Below, one piece after another: positions 37,913 through 47,655 of a stretch of DNA of 64,000 nt. Location of the stretch: positions 96,001 to 160,000 of the forward strand of contig CAVYNH010000006.1 in NCBI GenBank assembly GCA_963769885.1. The letters are read 5' to 3'. How positions within the stretch are numbered: the stretch's first letter is position 1; every line of letters begins with the position of its first letter. Below the pieces are notes generated by a model. That model did not search any database, was not told the DNA's origin, and saw nothing but the letters and a program-made list of their open reading frames with translations. This DNA comes from Methanobacteriota archaeon. GTDB taxonomy: Archaea; Thermoplasmatota; E2; DHVEG-1. A program made the translations under genes and the position numbers.

Positions 37913-39700
37913 ATGAGTATGGCTTGGGGAAAGCTGAGGGTAGTTACTATTTTCATCATTCTAAGTATTCCGTCATTCTTTTCGCCAACCCTCGCGTTTT
38001 CTTCATCCATCAATAATTCACAATCCAATCCGGCTCACAATGAGCTTTCAGGCTCGAATTCTTCTTGGCCGATGTATTGCCATGATTCTCATCACACTGG
38101 ACGAAGCCCCTATTCCACCGCCAACAATCCTCCAGATCACATCAAATGGGTATTCAACACAGGCAAAGTAAGCTTTTATGGAGATACCTCGATTGGTGCC
38201 GACGGAATGATATATGCGGCGGCCAATGGCTTATTTGCAGTGTGGCCTAATGGGACGTTGAAATGGTATTTTCCAGTGAATGGATGGTGTGAAGGTTGCC
38301 CAGCAATCAGCGACGAAGGGATCATTTATCTCGGATGCTCAGGAGGCGGTAGTACTAGTTATTTGTATGCGTTATATCCGAATGGTCAATTAGAATGGCG
38401 GTATGGAGTAGGGGGCGAAGAAATAAAATCATCGCCTGTTATCGGGACTGAGGGCACAATTTACTTCGGCACAGGTGGAGGTTATCCAATTAAAGGATCG
38501 ATTACAGCACTGTATCCAAACGGGACGCTTAAATGGAAGTATCCAACGAACTATGTCGTCTACTCATCACCGGCAATCGGGAATGACGGAACGGTGTATT
38601 GCGGTTGCCATGATTCAAATCTTTACGCCTTCTACCCGAACAATGGATCCTTAAAATGGAAGTATAAAACTGGGAATTGGGTCCGACTTAGCCCCTGCAT
38701 CGCCGATGACGGCACCATCTACTGTGTTTCAGACGATGAATATCTGTATGCCTTGCGTCCCAACGGGACCCTGAAATGGAAAACCAAAGTCGAACCAGGA
38801 GGATCGCCTACGATCGCCTCCGACAGCACCATTTACGCAGGGATGAGCACACTCTATGCGATAAGTCCCGGTGATGGTTCGGTGAAATGGACGTTCCCCG
38901 TCGGAGGAGACATAATGTGGAGCGCTGCCGTTACCTCCGCAGAAGGAACCATCTACTTCGGGATGACCACCTCGGGTTTCGATGGCTATCTTATCGCCGT
39001 GAACCCAAACGGCACCGAGCAATGGAGGACGGAAATCGGTCACTGTGAATCAGTCCCCGCGATCGCCACGGATGGTACCGTCTACATTGGATCAACAGAT
39101 GAACCCGACGCAACAGGGTTTCTGAATGCCTTCGGCCCAGGGGGGCCGCTCCGAGCAATGGCGAACGGACCCTACCAAGCCTTTTACAATCGGACCCTCC
39201 AATTCAAAGGCACAACCTACGGCGGCTTCCCACCCATGACGTACCATTGGGACTTCGGCGACGGAAACACCTCAGACCAACAAAACCCACAACACACGTA
39301 TCACGCCCTCGGGTGCTTCCATGCGACCTTCACCGTCACCGACTCTCAAGGCAACACCAGCAACGACACCGCCTCTGTCAGCGTCTATGCAGACTTACCT
39401 ACTTTGACTATTACTCGACCGGAGAACGCCCTCTACTTCCGAGATAAAAAGATCCACTCATGGGTATGGCCCGTCGCCATCGGCAAGATCACCTTCCAAG
39501 CAACCGCCTTCCAAGAGCCCTACGGCATAGATTGCGTCGAATTCAGCGTCGACGACAAACTCATCGCCACAGACAACGAAGCGCCCTACGAATGGACCTG
39601 GACGACACCTGCCTTCGGCTACCACGTAGTCACTGTCACCGCTCGCGATACCATGGGGTATAGCACAAGCAAAAGCATCGAGATGAAGAAGTTCTTCTAA
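37913..39700 (+). CDS. Secreted PQQ-like beta-propeller plus PKD plus C-terminal Ig-like module
   Basis: WPMYCHDSHHTGRSPY, SSPAIGNDGTVY repeats, YHWDFGDGNTSDQQNPQHTY PKD. Confidence 0.9.
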   Translation: MSMAWGKLRVVTIFIILSIPSFFSPTLAFSSSINNSQSNPAHNELSGSNSSWPMYCHDSHHTGRSPYSTANNPPDHIKWVFNTGKVSFYGDTSIGADGMIYAAANGLFAVWPNGTLKWYFPVNGWCEGCPAISDEGIIYLGCSGGGSTSYLYALYPNGQLEWRYGVGGEEIKSSPVIGTEGTIYFGTGGGYPIKGSITALYPNGTLKWKYPTNYVVYSSPAIGNDGTVYCGCHDSNLYAFYPNNGSLKWKYKTGNWVRLSPCIADDGTIYCVSDDEYLYALRPNGTLKWKTKVEPGGSPTIASDSTIYAGMSTLYAISPGDGSVKWTFPVGGDIMWSAAVTSAEGTIYFGMTTSGFDGYLIAVNPNGTEQWRTEIGHCESVPAIATDGTVYIGSTDEPDATGFLNAFGPGGPLRAMANGPYQAFYNRTLQFKGTTYGGFPPMTYHWDFGDGNTSDQQNPQHTYHALGCFHATFTVTDSQGNTSNDTASVSVYADLPTLTITRPENALYFRDKKIHSWVWPVAIGKITFQATAFQEPYGIDCVEFSVDDKLIATDNEAPYEWTWTTPAFGYHVVTVTARDTMGYSTSKSIEMKKFF

Positions 39701-39808
39701 AAAGTATCTTCTCCGATACCTGCTCTGGCTTGCTTCAAGTACTTTTTTCTCCTGGAAAGCGAAATCTTAATTACCCATCCACCGTTGAGGCGCCCAGGGG
39801 CATTCGGC

Positions 39809-40060
39809 ATGTACGAAGCACACGTCACCATCACTCTTAAAAAAGGAATCTCAGACCCCGAAGGCGCTAACACCCTCAAAGCCCTCCACCTCCTCGGATT
39901 CACCGACGTCAAAAGCGCCTCCACCATCCGCACCTTCAACATCACCGTCGACAGCACCGACAAGAAAAAAGTCGAAGCCGACGTCGAACAAATGTGCCAA
40001 CGCCTGCTGACCAACCCCGTCATCCACACCTACACCATCACCGTCACACCAACAAAATAA
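39809..40060 (+). CDS. purS: FGAM synthase subunit PurS
   Basis: LKKGISDPEG, MCQRLLTNPVIHTY. Confidence 0.95.
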   Translation: MYEAHVTITLKKGISDPEGANTLKALHLLGFTDVKSASTIRTFNITVDSTDKKKVEADVEQMCQRLLTNPVIHTYTITVTPTK

Positions 40061-40090
40061 CACCAAACTTAGGAGGGGGAACGAACGCTC

Positions 40091-42442
40091 ATGCACCTCG
40101 ACAACCTCTTCACCAAACGACCAGGACCAGACGACGTCTACGAAATCAACGTCAAAGACGCCACCGACCAAGACCTCCAGCAAATCAGCGACCAGCTCGG
40201 CCTCGCCCTCGCCCTCCCCGAAATGAAACGCATCCAAACCTATTTCAACGACCGTCACCGCCACCCCACCGACATCGAACTCCAAGCCCTCGGCCAAGCC
40301 TGGAGCGAACACTGCTGCTACAAATCCAGCAAAGTCCCGCTCAAGAAATACGTCTTCAACGTCGACGAACAACGCATCATCGCCCGCGAGGACGCCGGCG
40401 TCATGGACTTCACCGACGACTACTACTACTGCGTCGCCCTCGAATCCCATAACCATCCGTCAGCCATCGAACCCTACGGAGGCGCCGCCACCGGCATCGG
40501 CGGCATCGTCCGCGACGTCGTCTGCATGGGCGCCCAGCCCATCGCCTTCGTCGACCCCCTCTTCTTCGGACCACTCAACACCCCGCAGAATCAATTACCG
40601 AAGGGCGTCAAGCACCCCCGGTATCTCATGAAGGGTGTCGTCGACGGTATTCGTGATTACGGTAACAGAATCGGCATCCCGACTGTGACCGGCCAGGTCA
40701 CCTTCCACGACGGCTACACCGGCAACTGCCTCGTCAACGTCGGCTGCCTTGGCATCATGAAGAAAAAAGAACTCATCCATTCCTGGGCCACTGCCCCCGG
40801 CGAAGTCTATATCTACGTCGGCGGTAAAACCGGCCGCGACGGCATCCACGGCGTCACCTTTGCCTCAGCAGAATTAACGGAGAAAAGCGAGGAGAGCAGC
40901 AGATCAGCGGTCCAAGTCGGCGACCCCATCACCAAAGAACCCGTTATCCACGCCTGCCTCGAAGCTAACCGCAAAGGACTCCTCCAAGGATTCAAAGACT
41001 TCGGCGGCGGCGGACTGTCCTGCGTCAGCGGCGAACTCGCCTACAGCAACAACCTCGGCGCCGAAATCCACCTCGACGACGTCCCCCTCAAAGCCGAAGA
41101 CCTCAAACCCTGGGAAATCTGGGTCAGTGAAAGCCAAGAACGCATGATGCTCGTCGCCAAACCCCAGCATGTCCAAGAAATCCTCCACATCTGCAAACAA
41201 TGGGACGTCCCAGCCGCAGCCGTCGGCCACGTCATCAAAGACCCCGCCATCCGCGTCTTCATCCACGGCCAAAAAATCCTGGAGATGGACTTGGAATTCA
41301 TGACCGGCGGCCCCATCTACGACAGCTGTCAGCGCCCCTACACGATCCCCCAACCCGCCGAACAAGACACCCCAGTCCCGCAGCCAAAAGATCTGAACAA
41401 GACGCTAACAAAACTCCTCTCCTCACTCAACATCGCCAGCAAGGACTGGGTCATCCGCCAATACGACCACGAAGTCAGAGCCAACACCGTCATCAAACCC
41501 CTCCAAGGCAAACTCGGCTCCGAGACCCACGGCGACGCCGCCGTCATCCAACCCCTCGAACACTCCTACAAAGGCATCGCCCTCACCGCCGACATCAACC
41601 CCCGCTACATGGAGCGCCACCCCTACTGGGGCGCCGCCAGCGCCATCGACGAAGCCTGCCGCAACCTCACCGCCGTCGGCGCACGACCCGACAGCCTCCT
41701 GGACTGCCTCAACTTCGGCAACCCCGAAAAACCAGAACGCATGGGCGAACTCTATGAAGCCTGCCGCGGCCTCGGCGACATGGCACGCGCCCTCGACCTC
41801 CCCTTCGTCTCCGGCAACGTCAGCCTCTACAACCAATCCACCAAGACCGCCGTCCCACCCACCCCCGAGATTATGGGCGTCGGCATCGCCGACGATATCC
41901 GTCACTGCACCACCAGCGACCTCAAAGCCGAAGGCGACAGTCTCTACCTCATCGGGAGGAAGACCGACAACGAACTCGGCGGCAGCGAATACTACGCCCT
42001 CCTCAAACACAACAGCGGAAAAGTCCCCCGCACCGACCCCGCCCTCCTCAAAGCCTGCATCAATGGACTCCTCACCGCCATGAAATCAGACCTCATCGCC
42101 GCCTGCCACAACCCCAGCGAAGGAGGCCTCGCCGTCGCCCTCGCCGAGATGACCATCGGCGGAGACCTCGGCGCCACCATCGACCTCACCAGTCTTGGCG
42201 ACCTGCGCAGCGACCTCCTCATGTTCAGCGAAACCAACACCCGCTGGCTTGCCGAAATCCACCCAGACCACCAGAAAGACTTCGAAACAACCCTCAAAGA
42301 ACACCATGTCCCATTCACAAAGATCGGCACCGTCACCGGAAACCGGCTCATCATCACCAAAGGCAAGAAACCCCTCATCGACCTCCCCATAAGCACCCTA
42401 CGGGACAGCTGGAAGAAGACGCTCTGGGATTATATGGGATAA
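40091..42442 (+). CDS. purL: FGAM synthase subunit PurL
   Basis: WSEHCCYKSS, ESHNHPSAIEPYGGAATGIGGIVRD, GRDGIHG, SESQERM, LNFGNPEK, VSGNVSLYN. Confidence 0.97.
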   Translation: MHLDNLFTKRPGPDDVYEINVKDATDQDLQQISDQLGLALALPEMKRIQTYFNDRHRHPTDIELQALGQAWSEHCCYKSSKVPLKKYVFNVDEQRIIAREDAGVMDFTDDYYYCVALESHNHPSAIEPYGGAATGIGGIVRDVVCMGAQPIAFVDPLFFGPLNTPQNQLPKGVKHPRYLMKGVVDGIRDYGNRIGIPTVTGQVTFHDGYTGNCLVNVGCLGIMKKKELIHSWATAPGEVYIYVGGKTGRDGIHGVTFASAELTEKSEESSRSAVQVGDPITKEPVIHACLEANRKGLLQGFKDFGGGGLSCVSGELAYSNNLGAEIHLDDVPLKAEDLKPWEIWVSESQERMMLVAKPQHVQEILHICKQWDVPAAAVGHVIKDPAIRVFIHGQKILEMDLEFMTGGPIYDSCQRPYTIPQPAEQDTPVPQPKDLNKTLTKLLSSLNIASKDWVIRQYDHEVRANTVIKPLQGKLGSETHGDAAVIQPLEHSYKGIALTADINPRYMERHPYWGAASAIDEACRNLTAVGARPDSLLDCLNFGNPEKPERMGELYEACRGLGDMARALDLPFVSGNVSLYNQSTKTAVPPTPEIMGVGIADDIRHCTTSDLKAEGDSLYLIGRKTDNELGGSEYYALLKHNSGKVPRTDPALLKACINGLLTAMKSDLIAACHNPSEGGLAVALAEMTIGGDLGATIDLTSLGDLRSDLLMFSETNTRWLAEIHPDHQKDFETTLKEHHVPFTKIGTVTGNRLIITKGKKPLIDLPISTLRDSWKKTLWDYMG

Positions 42443-42524
42443 CCAAGAAAAACACGGCCCCCTCTCCCTTCCTTTTTATAAATACGCGATATCCTTAAAA
42501 CAATCAGCGCGTTATCTGTTGGCA

Positions 42525-43580
42525 ATGATGACCACTGACCAGGTCCGAAAGAGGGATACAGTGAAGAACGAGAAGAAAAATCTCCTCAGCCGTCCCATCA
42601 AGCACATCGACATCACCAGCTTCAACGCCATCCCCATCATCGAAGCCTTCGACAATATGGCGTTCCAATCCCGCAACCTCGCCAACGCCGCCCACATCTA
42701 CAACATGATGCTCGAGGACAAGGACTGCACCGTCATCCTCTGCCTCGCCGGCTCCCTCGTCAGCGCTGGCCTCAAGAAAGCCATCATCAACCTCATCCAC
42801 CACAACATGGTCGATGCCGTCGTCTCCACCGGAGCCATCGTCGTCGACCAGGACTTCTTCGAAGGCCTCGGATTCAAACACTACCGCGGCCAGATCCAAG
42901 TCGACGACACCAAGCTGCAGCAGCTCGCCGTCGACCGCATCTACGACACCTATATCGACGAGGACCAGCTGCGCATCTGCGACATGACCGTTAAAAAGAT
43001 CGCGGATGGCCTCGACCCACGGCCGTACTCCTCCCGGGAATTCATCGTCGAGATGGGCCGGTACCTCAACGAGCATCACGCGAACGCCGAGTCCTTCGTC
43101 CTGGAGGCGTACCGCCAACAGATGCCCATTTTCGTCCCCGCATTCTCAGACTCCAGTGCCGGCTTCGGTCTCGTCGCCCACCAGACCGAGAAGAAACAGA
43201 AGCATGTGACCATCGACTCGGTCCAGGATTTCCGGGAGCTCACTAGCCTGAAGGTCGCCTCGAAACAGACGGGCCTCTTGATGATCGGCGGCGGCGTCCC
43301 CAAGAACTTCGTGCAGGACACGGTCGTCGCGGCGGATATCCTCGGTGAAAATGCGCCTATGCACAAGTACGCGGTGCAGCTGACGGTCGCGGACGAGCGC
43401 GACGGCGCCCTCTCCGGCTCGACGCTGAAGGAGGCGAACTCTTGGGGCAAGGTCGACACCGGCCATGAGCAGATGGTGTACGGTGAGGCCTCGATCCTGT
43501 TCCCCCTGCTGGCCAGCTACGGGTACCATAAGGGAGCCTGGCGGCAGCGCAAGCCCCGGAAGCTCAACACCTTGTTTTAG
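42525..43580 (+). CDS. Deoxyhypusine synthase-like protein
   Basis: DRIYDTYI, PAFSDSSAG, GGGVPKNF, DGALSGSTLKEANSWGKV (catalytic Lys). Start uncertain. Confidence 0.9.
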   Translation: MMTTDQVRKRDTVKNEKKNLLSRPIKHIDITSFNAIPIIEAFDNMAFQSRNLANAAHIYNMMLEDKDCTVILCLAGSLVSAGLKKAIINLIHHNMVDAVVSTGAIVVDQDFFEGLGFKHYRGQIQVDDTKLQQLAVDRIYDTYIDEDQLRICDMTVKKIADGLDPRPYSSREFIVEMGRYLNEHHANAESFVLEAYRQQMPIFVPAFSDSSAGFGLVAHQTEKKQKHVTIDSVQDFRELTSLKVASKQTGLLMIGGGVPKNFVQDTVVAADILGENAPMHKYAVQLTVADERDGALSGSTLKEANSWGKVDTGHEQMVYGEASILFPLLASYGYHKGAWRQRKPRKLNTLF

Positions 43581-43621
43581 GTGCAATCATTAATATAGGG
43601 GGAGATTTCTCCGTTTCTCCT

Positions 43622-44428
43622 GTGACTTCGGCAGAGGGAAAGCTTTTGGCGCTGCGTAACCGGCTGCGTGGGCTACGTCGGGTCGCGGTCGCTTATTCCG
43701 GGGGGTTGGATAGCTCGTTTCTCTTGACGGTCGCGGTACAATCCCTTCCTGATAATGTCTTGGCGATTACTCTTGTGTCTGCGGCGCAGCCGTCCCAGGA
43801 TATTGATGGGGCATGTGCGTATTCGGCCAGCCTTGGCATCCCGCATCGGGTGGAGAATGTCGACGTGTTCGCAATCCCTGGATTTGTGGAGAACTCGCCG
43901 CAACGGTGCTACTTCTGTAAGAAAGAGGATTTTCTGCTGGCCAAGCAGGTCGCGGCCGCCGAGGGTTTCGATGTGGTGTGCGATGGGAGTACTTCGGATG
44001 ATACCAAGGATTTTCGCCCGGGGATGAAGGCATCTCGGGAGTTGGGCATTCTGAGTCCGTTGCTTGAGGTCGGGTTGACGAAGGCGGAGGTCAGGGTGTT
44101 GGCGAAGTCGTTGAGGATGCCGCAGTGGGATCGGCCGGCATCGCCGTGTCTGGCGTCGCGGATCCCGTATGGGACGCGGATCACGCCGGAGATGCTTCGG
44201 CAGGTGCAGGAGGCGGAGGCGGTGCTGCATCGGTTAGGGATTCTAGAGGTTCGCGTGCGTCATCATGGGACGGTGGCGCGGCTTGAGGTGCCGCGATCGC
44301 AGTTTCCTGTTGTGCTTGAGCATTCTGAAGAAATTGTTACCGCTTTAAAGGCACTTGGTTTCGCCTATGTCACTTTGGATATCGAGGGGTTTCGGTCGGG
44401 GAGTCTCAATGAGGTGATGTCGCGGTGA
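43622..44428 (+). CDS. larE: ATP-dependent sacrificial sulfur transferase LarE
   Basis: AYSGGLDS PP-loop, RCYFCKK, DFRPG, PCLASRIPYG, VRVRHHG, GFRSGSLN. Confidence 0.93.
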   Translation: MTSAEGKLLALRNRLRGLRRVAVAYSGGLDSSFLLTVAVQSLPDNVLAITLVSAAQPSQDIDGACAYSASLGIPHRVENVDVFAIPGFVENSPQRCYFCKKEDFLLAKQVAAAEGFDVVCDGSTSDDTKDFRPGMKASRELGILSPLLEVGLTKAEVRVLAKSLRMPQWDRPASPCLASRIPYGTRITPEMLRQVQEAEAVLHRLGILEVRVRHHGTVARLEVPRSQFPVVLEHSEEIVTALKALGFAYVTLDIEGFRSGSLNEVMSR

Positions 44429-45153
44429 AGAAGCTGCTGCAGGAGTATAAGGCGGGGAGGGCGAGTCTCGCGGAGGTGTTGTCGTCGTTGGAAAATCTGC
44501 CGTACCAGGATTTGGGGTTTGCTCGGGTGGATACGCATCGGTCGGTGCGGAAGGGCTGGCCGGAGGCGGTGTTCTGCCCGGGGAAGACGACGGCGCAGAT
44601 CCTGGATATCGTTGAGGTGTTGTATAGGCAGGGGGCGAGTGTGATGCTGACGAAAGCGTCGAAGCGGGTGTTCACAGGGGTGAAGAAAAGGTATCCGTCT
44701 GCGGAGTTTTTTGAGCGGGCGCGGATGGTGGTAGTGCGTCAGGGGCGGGTGCGTCGGAAGCGGGGGCGTGTGCTGGTGGTGACGGCGGGGACGTCTGATC
44801 TGCCGGTGGCGGAGGAGGCGATGGTGACGGCGGAGGTGATGGGCAGTCCCGTGGAGTTGGTGTGCGATGTAGGGGTCGCTGGGGTGCATCGGTTGTTGGC
44901 GGTGCGGGAGAAGCTGCAGCGGGCGAGTGTGGTGGTGGTGGTTGCGGGGATGGAGGGGGCGTTGGCGAGTATCATCGGGGGGTTGACGTCTCGGCCAGTG
45001 GTGGCGGTGCCGACGAGTGTGGGGTATGGGGCGAGTTTTGGGGGGGTGGCGCCGCTGTTGACGATGTTGAATTGTTGTGCGGAGGGGGTGGTGGTGGTGA
45101 ATATCGATAACGGGTTTGGGGCCGGGTATTTTGCGAGTCTGATTAATAGGTGA
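44425..45153 (+). CDS. larB: Nickel-pincer cofactor biosynthesis protein LarB
   Basis: ARVDTHRSVRKGWPEAVF, AGTSDLPVAEEA, DVGVAGVHRL, AGMEGAL, VPTSVGYG, VNIDNGFGAG. Confidence 0.95.
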   Translation: MKKLLQEYKAGRASLAEVLSSLENLPYQDLGFARVDTHRSVRKGWPEAVFCPGKTTAQILDIVEVLYRQGASVMLTKASKRVFTGVKKRYPSAEFFERARMVVVRQGRVRRKRGRVLVVTAGTSDLPVAEEAMVTAEVMGSPVELVCDVGVAGVHRLLAVREKLQRASVVVVVAGMEGALASIIGGLTSRPVVAVPTSVGYGASFGGVAPLLTMLNCCAEGVVVVNIDNGFGAGYFASLINR

Positions 45154-45171
45154 TTTCGTCTGACTAGAATA

Positions 45172-45909
45172 TTGTATTTTGATTGTTTTTCTGGGGTCGC
45201 CGGGGACATGATCCTCGGGGCGCTTCTGGATGTGGGGGTGAATGTGGAGTGGTTAAGTGATCAGATTGGTTTGTTGGGATTAACTGGGTTTTCTTTGGCG
45301 GTGCGGAAGGTTGAGAGTCATCATCTCATGGGGACAGATGTCGTGGTGTCGGTTGAGGAGGATCAGCCGCATCGGGGTCTCGCTGACATTCGAAGGATAG
45401 TGATGAGGAGTGGGCTTTCCGCCGAGGTCAAGCGGAAGAGTATGCTGGTGTTTTCCCGGCTGGCTGAGGTTGAGGGGAAGATCCACGGCATTCCTCCAAA
45501 GCAGGTTCATTTCCATGAGGTGGGGGCGGTGGATAGCATCATTGATGTGGTCGGGTCGGTGGCCGGTCTTTCTGTCCTCGGTGTTGATGTGGTGATGTGT
45601 TCTCCGTTGCCGTTGGGTCGTGGGTTCGTGCGGTGTGCGCATGGGGTGTTGCCGGTGCCTGCGCCGGCGACGGTGGAGCTGCTGCGTGGGGTGCCGGTGT
45701 ACCAGACGGAGCGTGAGCAGGAGTTGGTGACGCCGACGGGTGCGGCGATTATGGTGAGTTGTGCGCAGTCGTTTGGTCCGGTACCGCCGATGCGGATCGA
45801 GAAGGTTGGGTACGGGGCCGGGAAAATCGAGAGTGAATACCCCAATCTCTTGCGTGTTTTTCTTGGGGAGTTGGAAGAAAAGAAAAGGGTGCGGAAGAAA
45901 GCCGTTTGA
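45172..45909 (+). CDS. larC: LarC nickel-insertion protein, N-terminal part only
   Basis: YFDCFSGVAGDMILGAL, VHFHEVGAVDSIID, CAHGVLPVPAPAT, ELVTPTGAA, PNLLRV. Ends at 245 aa. Confidence 0.88.
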   Translation: MYFDCFSGVAGDMILGALLDVGVNVEWLSDQIGLLGLTGFSLAVRKVESHHLMGTDVVVSVEEDQPHRGLADIRRIVMRSGLSAEVKRKSMLVFSRLAEVEGKIHGIPPKQVHFHEVGAVDSIIDVVGSVAGLSVLGVDVVMCSPLPLGRGFVRCAHGVLPVPAPATVELLRGVPVYQTEREQELVTPTGAAIMVSCAQSFGPVPPMRIEKVGYGAGKIESEYPNLLRVFLGELEEKKRVRKKAV

Positions 45910-45915
45910 ATGTCT

Positions 45916-46206
45916 TTAGGCTTTGACCGCGTGCTTGTGTTTTGCCTTGTCGTAGGTGACGAGTGCCGCCCAGAGGGCGATGGTGACGAGCGTGATGGTG
46001 ACGCCGAGCAGGAGATCGTTTGCCAGGTTAGGTCCGATGAGGGTTAGTTCTCCGTTCCAGAGGTGGTCGATGAAGCCGAAGATGCCGGCGCCGGCGAGCA
46101 TGAGGTTCAGCCAGAGCTGGTAGTTATTTTTCTTTAGTGAATCCACTTTTTTTCTCAAGGTGCCGTGGACGAGAGCGGCGATGGTTGGGACGACGTAGCA
46201 GACCAT
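45916..46206 (-). CDS. Small membrane protein
   Basis: WLNLMLAGAGIFGFIDHLWNGEL...DLLLG, GGAGG RBS. Confidence 0.75.
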   Translation of the reverse strand: MVCYVVPTIAALVHGTLRKKVDSLKKNNYQLWLNLMLAGAGIFGFIDHLWNGELTLIGPNLANDLLLGVTITLVTIALWAALVTYDKAKHKHAVKA

Positions 46207-46411
46207 AAGGAAGTCAGCCTCCTTGGAGGGAGGTAAGGCGGGGGTAGGCTAAATAATTTACTGCCCGAAGATTCCGGGGTGTCTTTGCTTCTTTTTGTAG
46301 AGAATTGGCCGGTACAGAAAGGCGGATTATTGAAACAAATGGTGCTTATAAATCAGATAGAAAAAGTTTATTAGAGCAAACCTCCTTCTTTTCTTGGGAG
46401 AAATTTTCTCC

Positions 46412-47254
46412 ATGATGAAAAGATGGATCGGAGTCGGCATTGTGAGTATTCTGATTTGCACGAGCGTTCCGGTTTTTTCGTTGATCCCCACTCGGAATCT
46501 TCATGTTTACCTTGGCGGAATCGAAGACGACGATGTGACGCCGCCGGCCACCACGATCACCTTGAACCCGGCCACCCCGAACGGGCAACATGACTGGTAT
46601 ATTACCAATCCGCAGGTCACCTTGACCGCCATCGACAACGAATCAGGGGTCTTTGTCACTAAATATAGAATCGATGCCGGTGCAGAGATGACTTACAATT
46701 ATCCCTTTATCGTTTCAGGGGATGGAACACATACCATTACGTACTGGTCGATTGACAACGCAAGCAATGTCGAGCCATGGAAATACCAGATTCTCAAGAT
46801 AGACACAACGGTTCCTCTTGAAAATTTGACAAAAGAAAAGAAGTTTAAAATGATAATCTGGACTGCGACTTGTTGGGATGCTACAAGTGGCGTCAATCGC
46901 GTAGAATTCTATTTGAATGGCGTGCTCCGCTACAATGACACCGAACCGCCATACCAGTGGACGTATTATTTCGACTCACCCCCAATTACATTAACCGGAA
47001 TCACCAAGAAACCTCAAATCGCGGAGAACAATATCACAATCCCTGTCATCATAGGGGTAATAAAAGATAATAGTGATAATATGACAATGAAAGCTGTTGT
47101 CTATGATAATGCGGGATTGTACTCTTTTACCTCTCCAAGCTACGTTCTTGGGCCCTTTTACTACCTGGTTTTTCACAGGACCTTGGTCGTGCCTAATCAT
47201 TACACCGGACATCTAGGATGGTTCTTCGTCCACGCTACGTTTCTTGAGGATTAA
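46412..47254 (+). CDS. Exported Ig-like domain protein
   Basis: Signal peptide, DVTPPATTI...GTHTITYWSIDNASNVE, SGVNRVEFYLNG...DTEPPYQW. Confidence 0.8.
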   Translation: MMKRWIGVGIVSILICTSVPVFSLIPTRNLHVYLGGIEDDDVTPPATTITLNPATPNGQHDWYITNPQVTLTAIDNESGVFVTKYRIDAGAEMTYNYPFIVSGDGTHTITYWSIDNASNVEPWKYQILKIDTTVPLENLTKEKKFKMIIWTATCWDATSGVNRVEFYLNGVLRYNDTEPPYQWTYYFDSPPITLTGITKKPQIAENNITIPVIIGVIKDNSDNMTMKAVVYDNAGLYSFTSPSYVLGPFYYLVFHRTLVVPNHYTGHLGWFFVHATFLED

Positions 47255-47421
47255 CCCAAGGCACTGATTTCCTTCTATTCAATCATGCATTGAAATAATT
47301 TGGAAGGTACCGCCGCAGAGGAACCCATTTCCCGAGATGTTTCAAGGGCCATTCTCACGAACGATTTCACCCTACAGTAAATCAGAATACTGCTTGAAAG
47401 GAAGAGAAGAAAACGTACTGT

Positions 47422-47655
47422 TTATTGGAGCGCGGCGTTGAGGTCTTTGACGAGCTGGGTGGTGTCGATGCCGTGAACGGCGGCGATGTCCTTGACTTTT
47501 TCGAAGGAGGCGGCGAGGCAGCCGATGCAGCCGACGTTGTATTTCATGAAGACCATGGCGGTCTGGGGGTACTTGTCGATGACGTCCTTGATGGTCCAGT
47601 CTTCGGTGATCGTCTGTGTGCCGGTCGTTTGTGGTTTGCCGGTGGTCTGTTTCAT
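47422..47655 (-). CDS. DUF1858 (hybrid-cluster-associated redox disulfide) domain protein
   Basis: ITEDWTIKDVIDKYPQT...GCIGCLAASFE...AAVHGID. Confidence 0.88.
   Translation of the reverse strand: MKQTTGKPQTTGTQTITEDWTIKDVIDKYPQTAMVFMKYNVGCIGCLAASFEKVKDIAAVHGIDTTQLVKDLNAALQ

Noticed and set aside
45860-45915. Programmed frameshift into a LarC2 domain at the A-rich end of larC
   Set aside because: A convergent gene ends at 45916, and no LarC2-like sequence was apparent downstream.
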